A stretch of 32,000 nt of DNA. It comes from Kiritimatiella glycovorans. Its GTDB lineage: Bacteria; Verrucomicrobiota; Kiritimatiellia; Kiritimatiellales; Kiritimatiellaceae. The DNA lies in contig NZ_CP010904.1 in NCBI RefSeq assembly GCF_001017655.1, forward strand, positions 1,680,001-1,712,000. Reading direction: 5' to 3'. Position numbers and translations under genes: made by a program. Shown one piece after another: positions 9,788-19,197 of this stretch (positions are counted from its first letter, which is position 1; every line of letters starts with the position of its first letter). Below the pieces are notes generated by a model. It was not told the origin of the DNA. It made no database searches and worked only from the letters and a program-made list of their open reading frames with translations.

Positions 9788-11509
9788 ATGGTCGCGAAAA
9801 GGTCGAAACGGCTTCCGGACGCGCGCGGCCCTCTCGCCGCGGCGCTGCTGGCGCTGATCCTGCTGCTCCCGGGCACGTTCTCCTTTCCGCTGATCGACCG
9901 CGACGAACCGCGGTTTGCGCATGCCACGCAGGAGATGCTGCAGCGCGGCACGCTTACCGTCCCGTACTTCAACGGGGAATACCGGTTCGACAAGCCGCCG
10001 CTGGCGTATTGGGCGATGATGCCCCTCTACCGGGCCTTCGGGATGCACGAGGGCACCGCGCGCCTCCCCACCGTCCTCGCCGCCGCGGCCACCGCCGCCG
10101 CAATCTTCGCCTTCGGCCGCCGCCTGTTCTCAGTAAAAGCGGGTGTGTGGGCCGCGCTCGGATGGATGACCTGCCTTCAGACCCAGATCCACGGACGCAT
10201 CTGCACGGCCGACATGGGGGTGATCCTCACCGTCGTGCTCGCGCATCGCGCGTTTTATGAACTGATGTTCGGCGAGCGCCAACGACGCTGGGGATTCTGG
10301 TTCTGGACGCTGTACCTGTCCGTCGCCGCCGGTATTCTCGCCAAATGGGTGGTCACGCCGGCGGTACTGGCGGGGACAATCCTGCTGTTCTGCGCCTTCA
10401 CGCGCCGGATCCGATACCCCTGGCACCGCCTCCAGCCCTTTTCGGGTGCCGCCGTCGTGCTCGCGCCGGTCGCAGCCTGGGCGGTCCCCGCCCTGATCGC
10501 CACCGACGGACTGTTCTGGTCGCAGGGCTTCGGGACACACGTGATCGACCGCGCCGCGGAACCGTTCAACAACCGGAATGGGTCTCCGCTCTTTTATCTC
10601 GGCACCGCTTTTCTAAGCCTCTTCCCGTGGATCACCTGGGCCGGCGACGGGGCCTCGGCGCTCAGGCGGAACTGGGACGCGAAGCGCGCGTTTCTGGCCG
10701 CCTGGCTGGCGGGGCCGTACGTGATGTTCACCTTCGCTTCGACGCAGCTGCCGCATTACGTCATGCCGGCCTTCCCGGCGTTTTTCCTGATCCTCTTTCA
10801 GTCACCGCCAACAGGCAGGCGTTCGTGGTGGTTCCGCGGCACCTTCGTTCTGTACGCAACCCTGCTGGCCGGCGCGGCCTGGGTCCTCCTCTCCGTCCGC
10901 TACGCTCCGGCCTTTGCCCCGCTGCGCGCAATCGCCGTCACCGTACTGGTCACGCTCGCCTCCTGGCTCCTGCTCGCCTCCGCCGCGCGGGAGAAAAAAA
11001 TCCCCTCGCTGACGCTGGCCGCACTGATCCCCGCCCTGGCCTTCGGCATGCTCGGCCGCGAGATGCGCACGGTGGCCCACCCCCTCACCATGAAACGCCT
11101 CTTCGAGCTTGCACCCGCCACAGCACGGTACACGGCGTGGTCCTACACCGAACCCAGCCTCGTATTCTATGCCGATCACCGCTGGGACTGGTCGAAAAAC
11201 GCGGAGGCGCTCGAACGGCAGCTCAACCGCTCCGGCTCGCTGGTGGCCGTGTTCCCCGTGCGCGAATACGATTTCGACGACACCCTGCGCGCGATAGCGA
11301 CAGGCCAATCCATCGAACCCTCCAGAGACCGCGAAGCGCAGGCCATGGAATGGATGACCGCGCCCTCTCTCCAGTGGTACCGCGTCAGCGGAGTCAATAT
11401 GGGCCGGTCGAGCTGGATGGAATTCGCCGTCGGCGTGCGGGTCGATCCCCGCGGCGACCGCAGCATGTTCGTGCACTCCGCGCCCGCGATGCCCCACGGG
11501 CCCCGCTGA
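9788..11509 (+). CDS. Polytopic membrane glycosyltransferase, ArnT / GT39 (PMT_2)-like
   Basis: N-terminal signature FPLIDRDEPRFAHATQEMLQRGTLTVPYFNGEYRFDKPPLAYW is typical of 4-amino-4-deoxy-L-arabinose / dolichyl-phosphate-mannose type transferases. Many hydrophobic segments follow. The start was chosen at ATG 9788 (MVAKRSKRL...). Confidence 0.72.
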   Translation: MVAKRSKRLPDARGPLAAALLALILLLPGTFSFPLIDRDEPRFAHATQEMLQRGTLTVPYFNGEYRFDKPPLAYWAMMPLYRAFGMHEGTARLPTVLAAAATAAAIFAFGRRLFSVKAGVWAALGWMTCLQTQIHGRICTADMGVILTVVLAHRAFYELMFGERQRRWGFWFWTLYLSVAAGILAKWVVTPAVLAGTILLFCAFTRRIRYPWHRLQPFSGAAVVLAPVAAWAVPALIATDGLFWSQGFGTHVIDRAAEPFNNRNGSPLFYLGTAFLSLFPWITWAGDGASALRRNWDAKRAFLAAWLAGPYVMFTFASTQLPHYVMPAFPAFFLILFQSPPTGRRSWWFRGTFVLYATLLAGAAWVLLSVRYAPAFAPLRAIAVTVLVTLASWLLLASAAREKKIPSLTLAALIPALAFGMLGREMRTVAHPLTMKRLFELAPATARYTAWSYTEPSLVFYADHRWDWSKNAEALERQLNRSGSLVAVFPVREYDFDDTLRAIATGQSIEPSRDREAQAMEWMTAPSLQWYRVSGVNMGRSSWMEFAVGVRVDPRGDRSMFVHSAPAMPHGPR

Positions 11510-11538
11510 GTTAGGCCGCAACAGATTTCAATTCCCCC

Positions 11539-11567
11539 TTGCCATAATGCCCCTGTTTAGGTATCTT
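11539..11567 (+). promoter_or_regulatory. Candidate sigma70-like promoter for the thioredoxin-fold gene pair
   Basis: TTGCCA (11539-11544), 17-nt spacer, TATCTT (11562-11567), about 45 nt upstream of ATG 11610. This is a pattern match only. Confidence 0.25.
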
Positions 11568-11609
11568 TTAATCGGACGGCAAAAGCAGATGCATTGGGAG
11601 GAGGTCCAC

Positions 11610-12146
11610 ATGAAAAAAATGATTACGGCGATGGCGGCCCTGCTTCTGGCGATGGCGGTCGGGTGCGGAGCAAAAGACACCGGGGAGCGTGGCGACGCGT
11701 CTTCAGCCGAACTCACCGTGGAGCCCGCCGGGGTCGCAGAGATCGAGCGGAGGATTGACGAATCGGACAAGGAGCTGGTGATGGTTCACCTGTGGGCGAC
11801 GTGGTGTCCGCCCTGCCGGGCTGAATTTCCGGGCCTGGTCAAGCTGGGAACCCTTCCCGAAGCGGACCGGATGGAGGTCATCCTGATCTCGGTCGACCCG
11901 GCCGGAAATCCGGACCAAGTACGCTCGTTCCTGAATAAGTACGGTTCGCCGTGGGGTTCGCTCATCGCGGAAAACCCCGGCGAAGAGCTGATCCGCCTGT
12001 TTTCCAAACAATGGAACGGGTCCATACCGGCCACGTTCTTCTTCGGCCCCGAGAGGCAGCGCCTCGAATCGTGGGTCGGAGCGCACTCCCGCGAACGCTA
12101 TGAAGAAACCATTAAAGACCTGCTCGAGTCCGGGTCGAAGGAGTAA
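11610..12146 (+). CDS. TlpA-like thiol:disulfide oxidoreductase lipoprotein (thioredoxin fold)
   Basis: ATG at 11610 follows ggaggagg. Lipoprotein signal MKKMITAMAALLLAMAVGC. Active site WATWCPPCRAEFP (CxxC). Confidence 0.8.
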   Translation: MKKMITAMAALLLAMAVGCGAKDTGERGDASSAELTVEPAGVAEIERRIDESDKELVMVHLWATWCPPCRAEFPGLVKLGTLPEADRMEVILISVDPAGNPDQVRSFLNKYGSPWGSLIAENPGEELIRLFSKQWNGSIPATFFFGPERQRLESWVGAHSRERYEETIKDLLESGSKE

Positions 12147-12151
12147 CCGCC

Positions 12152-12760
12152 ATGAAACGCTTATTCACCGCAAGCCTGCTGATACTCGCGCTGCCGTTGC
12201 TGATGCCCGGCGCGCAGGGCGCCGAAGCTCTCGAAGTCGGTGCGTCCATGCCGAAGATGGATGTTGAGATGAAAAACGTCGACGGAGGGATGCTGACCCT
12301 TGAAGAAATCAGGGGCGAGAAAGGCACGCTGGTGATCTTCTCGTGCCGCCACTGCCCCTTCGTGCAGAAGTGGCAACAACGGATGGTGGAGATCGGCAAC
12401 ACATACCGCAAAAAGGACGTCGGCGTCGTCTTCATCAATTCCAACGACCCCGAACGCTTTCCGGAGGACCGCTTCGAAAGCATGCAGGAACAGGCCGAAG
12501 AAAACGGTTACCACTTCCCCTACGTCATGGACCTGACCTCGGCAGTGGCGAAGGCCTTCGGAGCCAGACGCACCCCCGAAGCGTTCCTGTTCAATAAAGA
12601 CGACGAACTCGTCTATCACGGGGCGATCGACGACAACCTCAATCACCCGGATAAGGTAAAAAAGCCCTTCCTGCGGGACGCCCTGGACGCACTGCTTAAA
12701 GGGGAAACCCCGCCCCGGCAGAAGACCCCGTCGATCGGCTGCAGTATCAAGCTGCGGTGA
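12152..12760 (+). CDS. Secreted thioredoxin-fold (redoxin / AhpC-TSA-like) protein with CxxC
   Basis: 202 aa with signal peptide MKRLFTASLLILALPLLMPGAQG. Motifs GTLVIFSCRHCPFVQKW and RRTPEAFLF (cis-Pro loop region). Starts 5 bp after the preceding gene. Confidence 0.72.
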   Translation: MKRLFTASLLILALPLLMPGAQGAEALEVGASMPKMDVEMKNVDGGMLTLEEIRGEKGTLVIFSCRHCPFVQKWQQRMVEIGNTYRKKDVGVVFINSNDPERFPEDRFESMQEQAEENGYHFPYVMDLTSAVAKAFGARRTPEAFLFNKDDELVYHGAIDDNLNHPDKVKKPFLRDALDALLKGETPPRQKTPSIGCSIKLR

Positions 12761-12863
12761 TGAAGAGCGGGACACCGCGGGCAGATAGTCAGCCTCCTGC
12801 CATAATTGCTTTGCTCTTTTTTGATTGTTTGTGTTCATTTTTTGCGGCATGGTCGCGCTCGTT

Positions 12864-13643
12864 ATGGCTGGACAGGAACATCGAGCGCTTGTGCCGCAGC
12901 GTCTTGAGCGCATCCGGATGAGGTTGCGCGAGGACGGGCTGGTCCGGGTGGATGATCTCGCGGAGGAGCTGGCGGTTTCTCCGGCGACGATCCGGCGCGA
13001 TTTGGAGGAGCTGGAGAGCAAGAACGAGCTTCGGCGCGTCCATGGCGGGGCGGTCCGTGCGGGCGGGCTGATGGAGGAACCGCTGTTTGACGACAAGACG
13101 TCCCGTTCTCCCGAGGAGAAGAAGCGGATCGCATCGGAGGCGGTCAAGCTGATCCATCCGGACGCCTCGATTTACATCGACGGCGGCAGCACGCTGCTGG
13201 AGCTGGCGCGGCTTCTGCGCGACTGGACACAGATCACGGTGGTGACCAATTCGCTGCGCGCGGCGTACGAGCTGGCCTCGGGCGGCCCGCGGCTGATTCT
13301 TGTGGGCGGCGAATTGCGCCGCCGCAGCCAGACGATGGTCGGACCCCTGACCCGCTGCCTGGTCGAAGAGATCCATCTCGACCAGGCCTTCATGGGGACC
13401 ATCGGTCTCGATGCCGACGCCGGACTGACCACGACCGATCCGGGCGAGGCCTTTACCAAGCGGGAGGTCACTGCACGGGCGCGCGAGGTCATTCTGCTCG
13501 CCGACAGCAGCAAGATCGGCGCGGTCTCGTTCGCGCATTCCGGCGGGATGGAGCATCTCGACCGGGTCATCACGGACCGCGGCGCGCCGGCCTCGTTTAC
13601 GAAACTGTTGAAGAAAAAGGGAATTCAACTGACCCGGGCCTGA
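12864..13643 (+). CDS. DeoR-family transcriptional regulator
   Basis: N-terminal HTH VRVDDLAEELAVSPATIRRDLEELE followed by a DeoR C-terminal sugar-phosphate-binding-like domain (IYIDGGSTLLELA, VVTNSL). The start was chosen at ATG 12864 because the hydrophobic extension from 12825 looks spurious. Confidence 0.85.
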   Translation: MAGQEHRALVPQRLERIRMRLREDGLVRVDDLAEELAVSPATIRRDLEELESKNELRRVHGGAVRAGGLMEEPLFDDKTSRSPEEKKRIASEAVKLIHPDASIYIDGGSTLLELARLLRDWTQITVVTNSLRAAYELASGGPRLILVGGELRRRSQTMVGPLTRCLVEEIHLDQAFMGTIGLDADAGLTTTDPGEAFTKREVTARAREVILLADSSKIGAVSFAHSGGMEHLDRVITDRGAPASFTKLLKKKGIQLTRA

Positions 13644-13686
13644 AGGATCACCGGGCGGAAACCGCAACCATAGGAGAAGAGACGCC

Positions 13687-15975
13687 ATGCCGAACTACCT
13701 CAGCGACAACCGGCCCGACTTCACGCCGTTCGAGATCGACTGCGGAAAGATACCCGGGTTTCAGTACCGGGGCGACCTGAAGCACGAAGTGGACCACGGA
13801 TTGGAAAAAGAGGAAATCCCGCGCCTGCTCGAGAACATGCTGATGGTCCGGGAAGTCGAAGAGATGATCATCAAGCTCCGCTCCGGCGCCTACGAGGCCA
13901 CCGCGGACTTCGAATACCGCGGCCCGACGCATGTCTCCATCGGCCAGGAGGGCACGGCCGTGGGCGCCTGCACCGCCCTCGCGCCGACGGACAAGATCAC
14001 CTCGACGCACCGCGGACACGGCGACAGCATGGCCAAGGGTACGGCGGCGATCTTTGCGATGGATGAAGACGAGCTGCGCGCCCGCGTGCCGGACGCGAAG
14101 GGATCCTCGCGCGAGGAACTGCTCGAGGCCGCGCTCGAAGACCACGCCTACCGCACCATCGGCGAGCTGTTCGGCAAGGACGACGGCTACTGCAAGGGGC
14201 GCGGCGGCGGCATGCACATCGCCGACTTCTCCATCGGCCACCTCGGCGCGAACGCGATCGTCGGCGGCGGCGTCCCGATCGCGACCGGCGCAGCGATGGC
14301 GCTGCGCTACCTGCGCGACGAGGAGGTGGTCTGCTGCTTCGCCGGCGACGGCGCGTACGCCAACGGCGTGGTGCTCGAAGCGCTCAACTGGGCCGCGCAG
14401 TACCAGTTCACCAACAAGCTCTCGAAGGCCGATCGCAAGGGCCTCCCGATCATCTTCGTCGTCCAGAACAACCATTACGGCATGACCCACCGCACCGACA
14501 ACGAAGTCATGGGCGTGGAGACTTTGGCCCGCCGCGGCGCCGGGTTCGCGGACGACAACATGAAGGCAGAAACGGTCAACGGCATGGACATTCTCGCCGT
14601 ACGCGACGCCGTCGGGAGAGCGGCGGAGACGTGCCGCAAGGGCGAAGGCCCCGTGCTGCTCGAAGTCAGCACCTACCGCTATTACGGCCACTCGCTCTCG
14701 GACCCGCGCAATGAATACCGCACGCGCGAAGAAGAACAGGCGTGGCGCGACATCGACCCGATCGATACCTTCATCGCCCAGGTCCTCGAGCAGAAGCTCA
14801 TGAGCGAGGACGAGGTGGAGGCGCTCAGGAAGAAGGTCGCCGACCGCAACGCGCGGGCCGCCGTCCGCGCCGCCGAGTCGGCCGACCCCGATCCGGCCGA
14901 TGTGCTCAAGTATCTCTACACCGATACGGTCTGCGACGAGGTCCCCGACGAGCACGCGAAGGTGGAGATCGTCAACGAACCCCCGGAGATCAAGCGCGAC
15001 GACGATCAGCGCACGACCTACCGCGATGCGATCAAGGAGGCGCTGATCGAGGAAATGAAGCGCGACGACCGCGTGATCGTCTACGGCGAGGACGTGGCCG
15101 ATTACGGCGGCGCGTTCAAGGCCACCAAGGGCCTGCTCGAGACGTTCGGCCGCGACCGCGTCTTCAATACGCCGATCTCCGAAGCCTGCATCTGCGGCAC
15201 GGCGGTCGGCGCGGCAATGGCGGGGCTGCGTCCGGTGGCGGAACTGATGTATATGGACTTCTCGCTGATGGCCTCGGACCAGATCGCCAACCAGGCGGCG
15301 AAGTGGCACTACATGTCCGGCGCCCAGACGGAAGTCCCGCTGGTCTACCGCGCGTCGGTCGGCGGCGGCAAGGGCTACGGGGGACAGCACTCCCAGACCC
15401 TCGAGAGCGTCTTCGCCCATATCCCCGGCCTGTACGTGGTCTATCCGGCCACGCCCTACGACGCCAAGGGACTGCTGAAGAGCGCGATCCGCGACAACAA
15501 TCCCGTGATGTTCGTCGAGTCGCAGATCCTCTACGGGAAGAAGGGCGTGGTTCCGCCGGAGGATTACACACTGCCGCTGGGCCGCTCGGACGTAAAACGC
15601 GAAGGCGGCGACCTGACGCTCGTCACCTGGGGGCCGATGCTCCACGACGTACTCAAGGCGGCGGACACGCTGTCCGGCGAGGGTGTCGAAGCGGACGTCA
15701 TCGACCTCCTTTCGCTCGTGCCGCTGGACCTGCAGCCGGTGCTCGACTCGGTCCGCAAAACGGGCCGCTGCGTCGTCGCCAGCCACGCCGTCTCGGTGGG
15801 CAGTTTCACCGCCGAAGTCGCCTCCCGCATCACGCACGAGGCCTTCGATTACCTCGACGCCCCGGTGATGCGGGTCGGCGCGCGGGACGGGATCGCTCCG
15901 CAGTCGCACGTGCTGGAGGCCGCGTTCCTGCCGGACGCGGATGATATCCTCTCCGCCGCGAAGGGGATCCTGTGA
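13687..15975 (+). CDS. 2-oxoacid dehydrogenase E1 component, fused alpha-beta subunits (pyruvate/acetoin/branched-chain type)
   Basis: 762 aa with RBS aggaga upstream. The alpha part has the TPP motif GDGAYANGVVLEALNWA. The beta part has YGEDVADYGGAFKATKGL and FNTPISEACICGTAVGAAMAGLRPV. Both halves are in one continuous frame. Confidence 0.9.
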   Translation: MPNYLSDNRPDFTPFEIDCGKIPGFQYRGDLKHEVDHGLEKEEIPRLLENMLMVREVEEMIIKLRSGAYEATADFEYRGPTHVSIGQEGTAVGACTALAPTDKITSTHRGHGDSMAKGTAAIFAMDEDELRARVPDAKGSSREELLEAALEDHAYRTIGELFGKDDGYCKGRGGGMHIADFSIGHLGANAIVGGGVPIATGAAMALRYLRDEEVVCCFAGDGAYANGVVLEALNWAAQYQFTNKLSKADRKGLPIIFVVQNNHYGMTHRTDNEVMGVETLARRGAGFADDNMKAETVNGMDILAVRDAVGRAAETCRKGEGPVLLEVSTYRYYGHSLSDPRNEYRTREEEQAWRDIDPIDTFIAQVLEQKLMSEDEVEALRKKVADRNARAAVRAAESADPDPADVLKYLYTDTVCDEVPDEHAKVEIVNEPPEIKRDDDQRTTYRDAIKEALIEEMKRDDRVIVYGEDVADYGGAFKATKGLLETFGRDRVFNTPISEACICGTAVGAAMAGLRPVAELMYMDFSLMASDQIANQAAKWHYMSGAQTEVPLVYRASVGGGKGYGGQHSQTLESVFAHIPGLYVVYPATPYDAKGLLKSAIRDNNPVMFVESQILYGKKGVVPPEDYTLPLGRSDVKREGGDLTLVTWGPMLHDVLKAADTLSGEGVEADVIDLLSLVPLDLQPVLDSVRKTGRCVVASHAVSVGSFTAEVASRITHEAFDYLDAPVMRVGARDGIAPQSHVLEAAFLPDADDILSAAKGIL

Positions 15976-16047
15976 TCAGCAACCCGGCACCGGAAAAGGC
16001 CGCGCGCAGACGCACGGACGCAACGATAACAGAGGGAGTCCATCACC

Positions 16048-17402
16048 ATGGCTGAAGCACAACCCGTACGCATGCCGAAACTGGGACAGACGGTCGAAGA
16101 GGCCGAAATCGTCAACTGGCACAAGAAGGAAGGCGACGCCGTCGAAAAGGGCGAGACGCTCTTCGAGGTCGAAACCGACAAGGCCGTGCTCGAGGCGGAA
16201 AGCTTCTACGAGGGTACGCTGCTGAAGATCGTCGTCCCGGAAGGCAAGTCCGTCCCGGTACAGTCGGTCGTCGCCTACGTCGGCGCCGAGGGCGACACGA
16301 TCCCCGAAGCGCCGCCGCAGGAGGCGCCGAAACCGCAGCCGGAGAAAAGAGCGGCCCCGGCCGCGAAAGCGGAGGCGCCGAAAGCGGAACAACCCGCCGC
16401 CGCGCCCTCCCCCGCGGCCGCGGCCCGCAGCCGGCCGCGCCTGCCGGCCCGCAACGCACCTTCATCAGCCCGCGCGCGAAGAAACTCTGCCGGGAGCACC
16501 TGGTCTTCTCGCACGACGCCATTCCCGCCTCGGGCCCGAACGGACGGATCGTCGAACGGGACGTAAAAGCGTACCTCGAACAGCAGGGCCTCGACCGGCT
16601 CCGCATCACGCCGGCGGCGCGCGAGCTGGCCGGGCAGGAAGAAGTCGACATCCTCACCCTCGAGGGCCGTGGGGACGACGGAACCATCACGATCGACGAC
16701 GTCCGGCGCGCGATCGCGTCCCGCCCGCAGCCGATGAGCCGGATGCGCCGGATTATCGCCGACCGCCTCACGCAGAGCTTCCGCGACATCCCGCACTTCT
16801 TCGTGACCGTCGGCGCGGACATGACCGATCTGATGGCGTACCGCAAGGAGCTGAAGGCCGCGGGCCGCTCCTATTCGCTGAACGACTTCGTGATGAAGTC
16901 GGTCATCCTCGCCCTGGAGGAGCACGGCGATGTGAACAGCATGACGCCCGACGGCCGGAGCATCGTGCGGCATCCGCAGGTCCACCTCGGACTCGCGGTC
17001 TCCATCGAACAGGGTCTGGTGGTACCGGTCATCCGCAACGCGGGCGCACTCGACATGGACGCCCTGCACGAGCAGGCCCGCGAACGGGCCGGCAGGGCGC
17101 GCGACGGCAAACTCACGCCCGAGGAGATGCAGGGCGGCACGTTCACGATCTCCAATATGGGCATGCTCGGCGTGGAACAGTTCAATGCGATCATCAATCC
17201 CGGCGAGGGCGCGATCCTCGCGGTGGCCTCGGTACAGGACACGCCGGCGGTGCGGGAGGGCGAACTGACCGTGCGCAAACAGATGAAGATGACGCTGTCC
17301 GCCGATCACCGCATCGTCGACGGCGCCACCGGGGCGCAGTTCCTGAACGCGGTCAAAGACAAACTGGAAGACGTGGAGTTCTGGAAACAGCTCGTCGGCT
17401 GA
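16048..17402 (+). pseudogene. Dihydrolipoamide acyltransferase (E2) interrupted by a 1-nt frame change in the Ala/Pro linker
   Basis: Frame 1 holds the lipoyl domain (EVETDKAVLEAES) and an AP-rich linker, then runs into a basic, Arg/Ser/Ala-rich segment with no recognisable domain and stops at 16566. Frame 3 (open from before 16380) encodes two peripheral-subunit-binding domains (FISPRAKKLCREH..GPNGRIVERDV; ITPAARELAGQEEVD) and the catalytic domain (LSADHRIVDGA). The switch must occur around 16395-16440. No start codon precedes the PSBD in frame 3. Confidence 0.8.
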
Positions 17403-17463
17403 ATCCGTACGGCCGCGAAGGACCGCGGGTTCCAGCGATGCATTTAACCGAAGGAGGCAACCC

Positions 17464-18855
17464 ATGGACTATGACATCATCGTAATCGGCGCGGGACCGG
17501 GCGGCTATCCCGCCGCCATCCGGGCCGCACAGCGCGGCGCGAAAACCGCCATCGTCGAGAAGGAGTGGCTCGGGGGCACCTGCCTCAACTGCGGCTGCAT
17601 CCCCGCCAAGACGCTCATCGCGGGCTCGCACCGCTATCACGACGTGGAGACGGCCGATAAACTCGGCGTCAAGGTCTCCGGCGTCGAGATCGACTATGCC
17701 GCCCTCGTCGCGCACAAGGACAAGACGATCAAGACGCTGACCGGCGGCATCGGCTCGCTCCTCAAAGCGAACGGGGTCGATCTGTACGAAGGCACCGGAT
17801 CGTTCGAGACGGCTAACAAGATCAGGGTCGATCTGAACGGCGGCGGCGAAGAACACCTCACCGGAGAAAAGGTGATCATCGCCACCGGCTCGAATTCGAT
17901 TATGCCCGGCTTTCTGCCCGAGAGCGACCGCGTGGTGGACAGCCGCGCGTTCATGGAACGCACCGAACTGCCCGAAAGCCTGATCGTGCTCGGCGGGGGC
18001 TATATCGGCTGTGAACTGGCCTGCATGGCCGCGCGCCTCGGCGTGAAGGTCACCATCGTCGAATTGCTTGAAGATATCCTGACGACGATCGACAAGGATC
18101 TGCGCAAGGTCGTCATCCGTCACATGAAGAAGGAACTCGGCATTGAGATCCTGACCGGCGCGCCGCTCGCAGAGGTCACGGCGGACAAAAACGGCGTCCG
18201 GGGCAAGGCGGGCGAGCGCGAGGTCGGCGCCGATATGCTGCTGGCCTCCGTGGGACGCCATCCGGTGACGGAGGGACTGAAGCTCGAGGCGATCGGCATT
18301 GCGCCGGACGAGAAGGGCTTTATTCCGGTCGACGAATTCAGCCGCACGACGGCGCGCGGCGTGTACGCGATCGGCGACGTCAGCAACCCGATCCAGCTCG
18401 CGCACGCGGCGACCGACCAGGCGCTGGCGGCGGTCGATCACGCGCTGGGCGATCCCGAGAGCCGGCGCGAACGCTGCATCCCCTACGCCATGTTCACCAA
18501 TCCCGAGGTCTCCGGCGTGGGCCTCACGGAGAGTGAGGCGAAGGAAAAGGGCTACGAGGTGCGCACCGGAACCTTCCAGTTCCGCTCGCTGGGCCGCGCA
18601 CTGGCCGGACACGAGTCCGAAGGGTTCGGCAAACTCGTCGCCGACGCCGCGACCGATCAGCTCCTCGGCGCGCAGTGCGTGGGATCGCGCGCGACGGACC
18701 TGATCGGCGAAGCGGCCACGGCCGTGCGCAACGAACTCACCGCGAAAGCATTCGGTCGTACGGTCCACGCGCACCCGACCTTCGCCGAAGTCTGGATGGA
18801 GGCCGCGCACGACGCGCACGGCGAATGCATCCACGCCCCGCCGAAGAAGCGCTAA
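17464..18855 (+). CDS. lpdA: Dihydrolipoyl dehydrogenase (E3)
   Basis: 463 aa with RBS gaaggagg. FAD motif VIGAGPGGYPAAIRAAQRG, redox-active disulfide GGTCLNCGCIPAK, C-terminal HAHPTFAE. Confidence 0.92.
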   Translation: MDYDIIVIGAGPGGYPAAIRAAQRGAKTAIVEKEWLGGTCLNCGCIPAKTLIAGSHRYHDVETADKLGVKVSGVEIDYAALVAHKDKTIKTLTGGIGSLLKANGVDLYEGTGSFETANKIRVDLNGGGEEHLTGEKVIIATGSNSIMPGFLPESDRVVDSRAFMERTELPESLIVLGGGYIGCELACMAARLGVKVTIVELLEDILTTIDKDLRKVVIRHMKKELGIEILTGAPLAEVTADKNGVRGKAGEREVGADMLLASVGRHPVTEGLKLEAIGIAPDEKGFIPVDEFSRTTARGVYAIGDVSNPIQLAHAATDQALAAVDHALGDPESRRERCIPYAMFTNPEVSGVGLTESEAKEKGYEVRTGTFQFRSLGRALAGHESEGFGKLVADAATDQLLGAQCVGSRATDLIGEAATAVRNELTAKAFGRTVHAHPTFAEVWMEAAHDAHGECIHAPPKKR

Positions 18856-18903
18856 AACCGGCTCCGGGGATTGACTTCTATCGCCGGGGATCTCCGGCGC
18901 GAC

Positions 18904-19043
18904 GAATGAGCGTCCGGTGGATCCGCTTGTCGGGATTTTCTGAACCGCGAATTCACGCCAGGGTTCATATTAGGCTCTTCGTAGATTTTTGTGGTGGCCC
19001 CGCTTCGCGGATCTGCGGGCCTACTACGAACGTAAGAGAGAAC
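18904..19043 (+). repeat. Left half (module A, short variant) of a ~515-bp intergenic repeat, truncated by a mobile-element insertion
   Basis: Aligns with 26300-26594: gaatgagcgtc(c/a)gg, ttctgaaccgcgaat, agatttttgtggtgg, gcgggcctactacga(a/g)cgtaaga(g/a)agaac. Homology stops at 19043. Confidence 0.8.
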
Positions 19044-19197
19044 GCACGATTTCTTTGCCTGTGCTCTTCCCATTCATCTTTGCGGTCCCGGCGCCTTGGC
19101 GAGAGACCTTTCTTGTGTTTTCGACCAGTAGAGTAGAGAGGGAGCCACGGGATGAGAGGCGTATAGCCAATGACCGCGGACTGCCCTCCCCCTCGTC

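Noticed and set aside
13648-15909. 753-aa minus-strand ORF antisense to the E1 alpha-beta gene. Similar long antisense ORFs lie at 5092-6519(+), 8049-9188(-), 17353-18834(-), 25130-26281(-), 27571-28923(+), 28941-30176(+), 30209-31324(+) and 19346-21055(+).
   Set aside because: All overlap genes with unambiguous conserved motifs on the other strand. They have skewed Arg/Ala/Gly/Asp/His composition and no family motifs, so they are GC-driven open frames.
16395-16440. Programmed -1 ribosomal frameshift in the E2 linker
   Set aside because: No X_XXY_YYZ slippery heptamer or obvious downstream pseudoknot was seen. An indel in a GC-rich low-complexity run is more parsimonious.
16048-17402. Annotating 16048-16566 and 16734-17402 as two separate genes (a lipoyl protein plus a truncated acyltransferase)
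   Set aside because: The PSBD sequences lie in frame 3 upstream of the Met at 16734 with no start codon of their own. The tail of the frame-1 ORF after the linker is a basic, Arg/Ser/Ala-rich stretch with no recognisable domain. One frameshifted E2 explains everything.
18852-19073. Minus-strand ORFs across the repeat copies (18852-19073, 26197-26523, 26309-26650, 22651-23112) sharing peptides such as TTKI(Y/C)EEP and DPPDAHS
   Set aside because: The shared peptides simply reflect nucleotide identity of the repeat. One ORF runs into the htpG coding region on the opposite strand. Indels and substitutions show no codon-aware pattern, and there is no start or RBS context.
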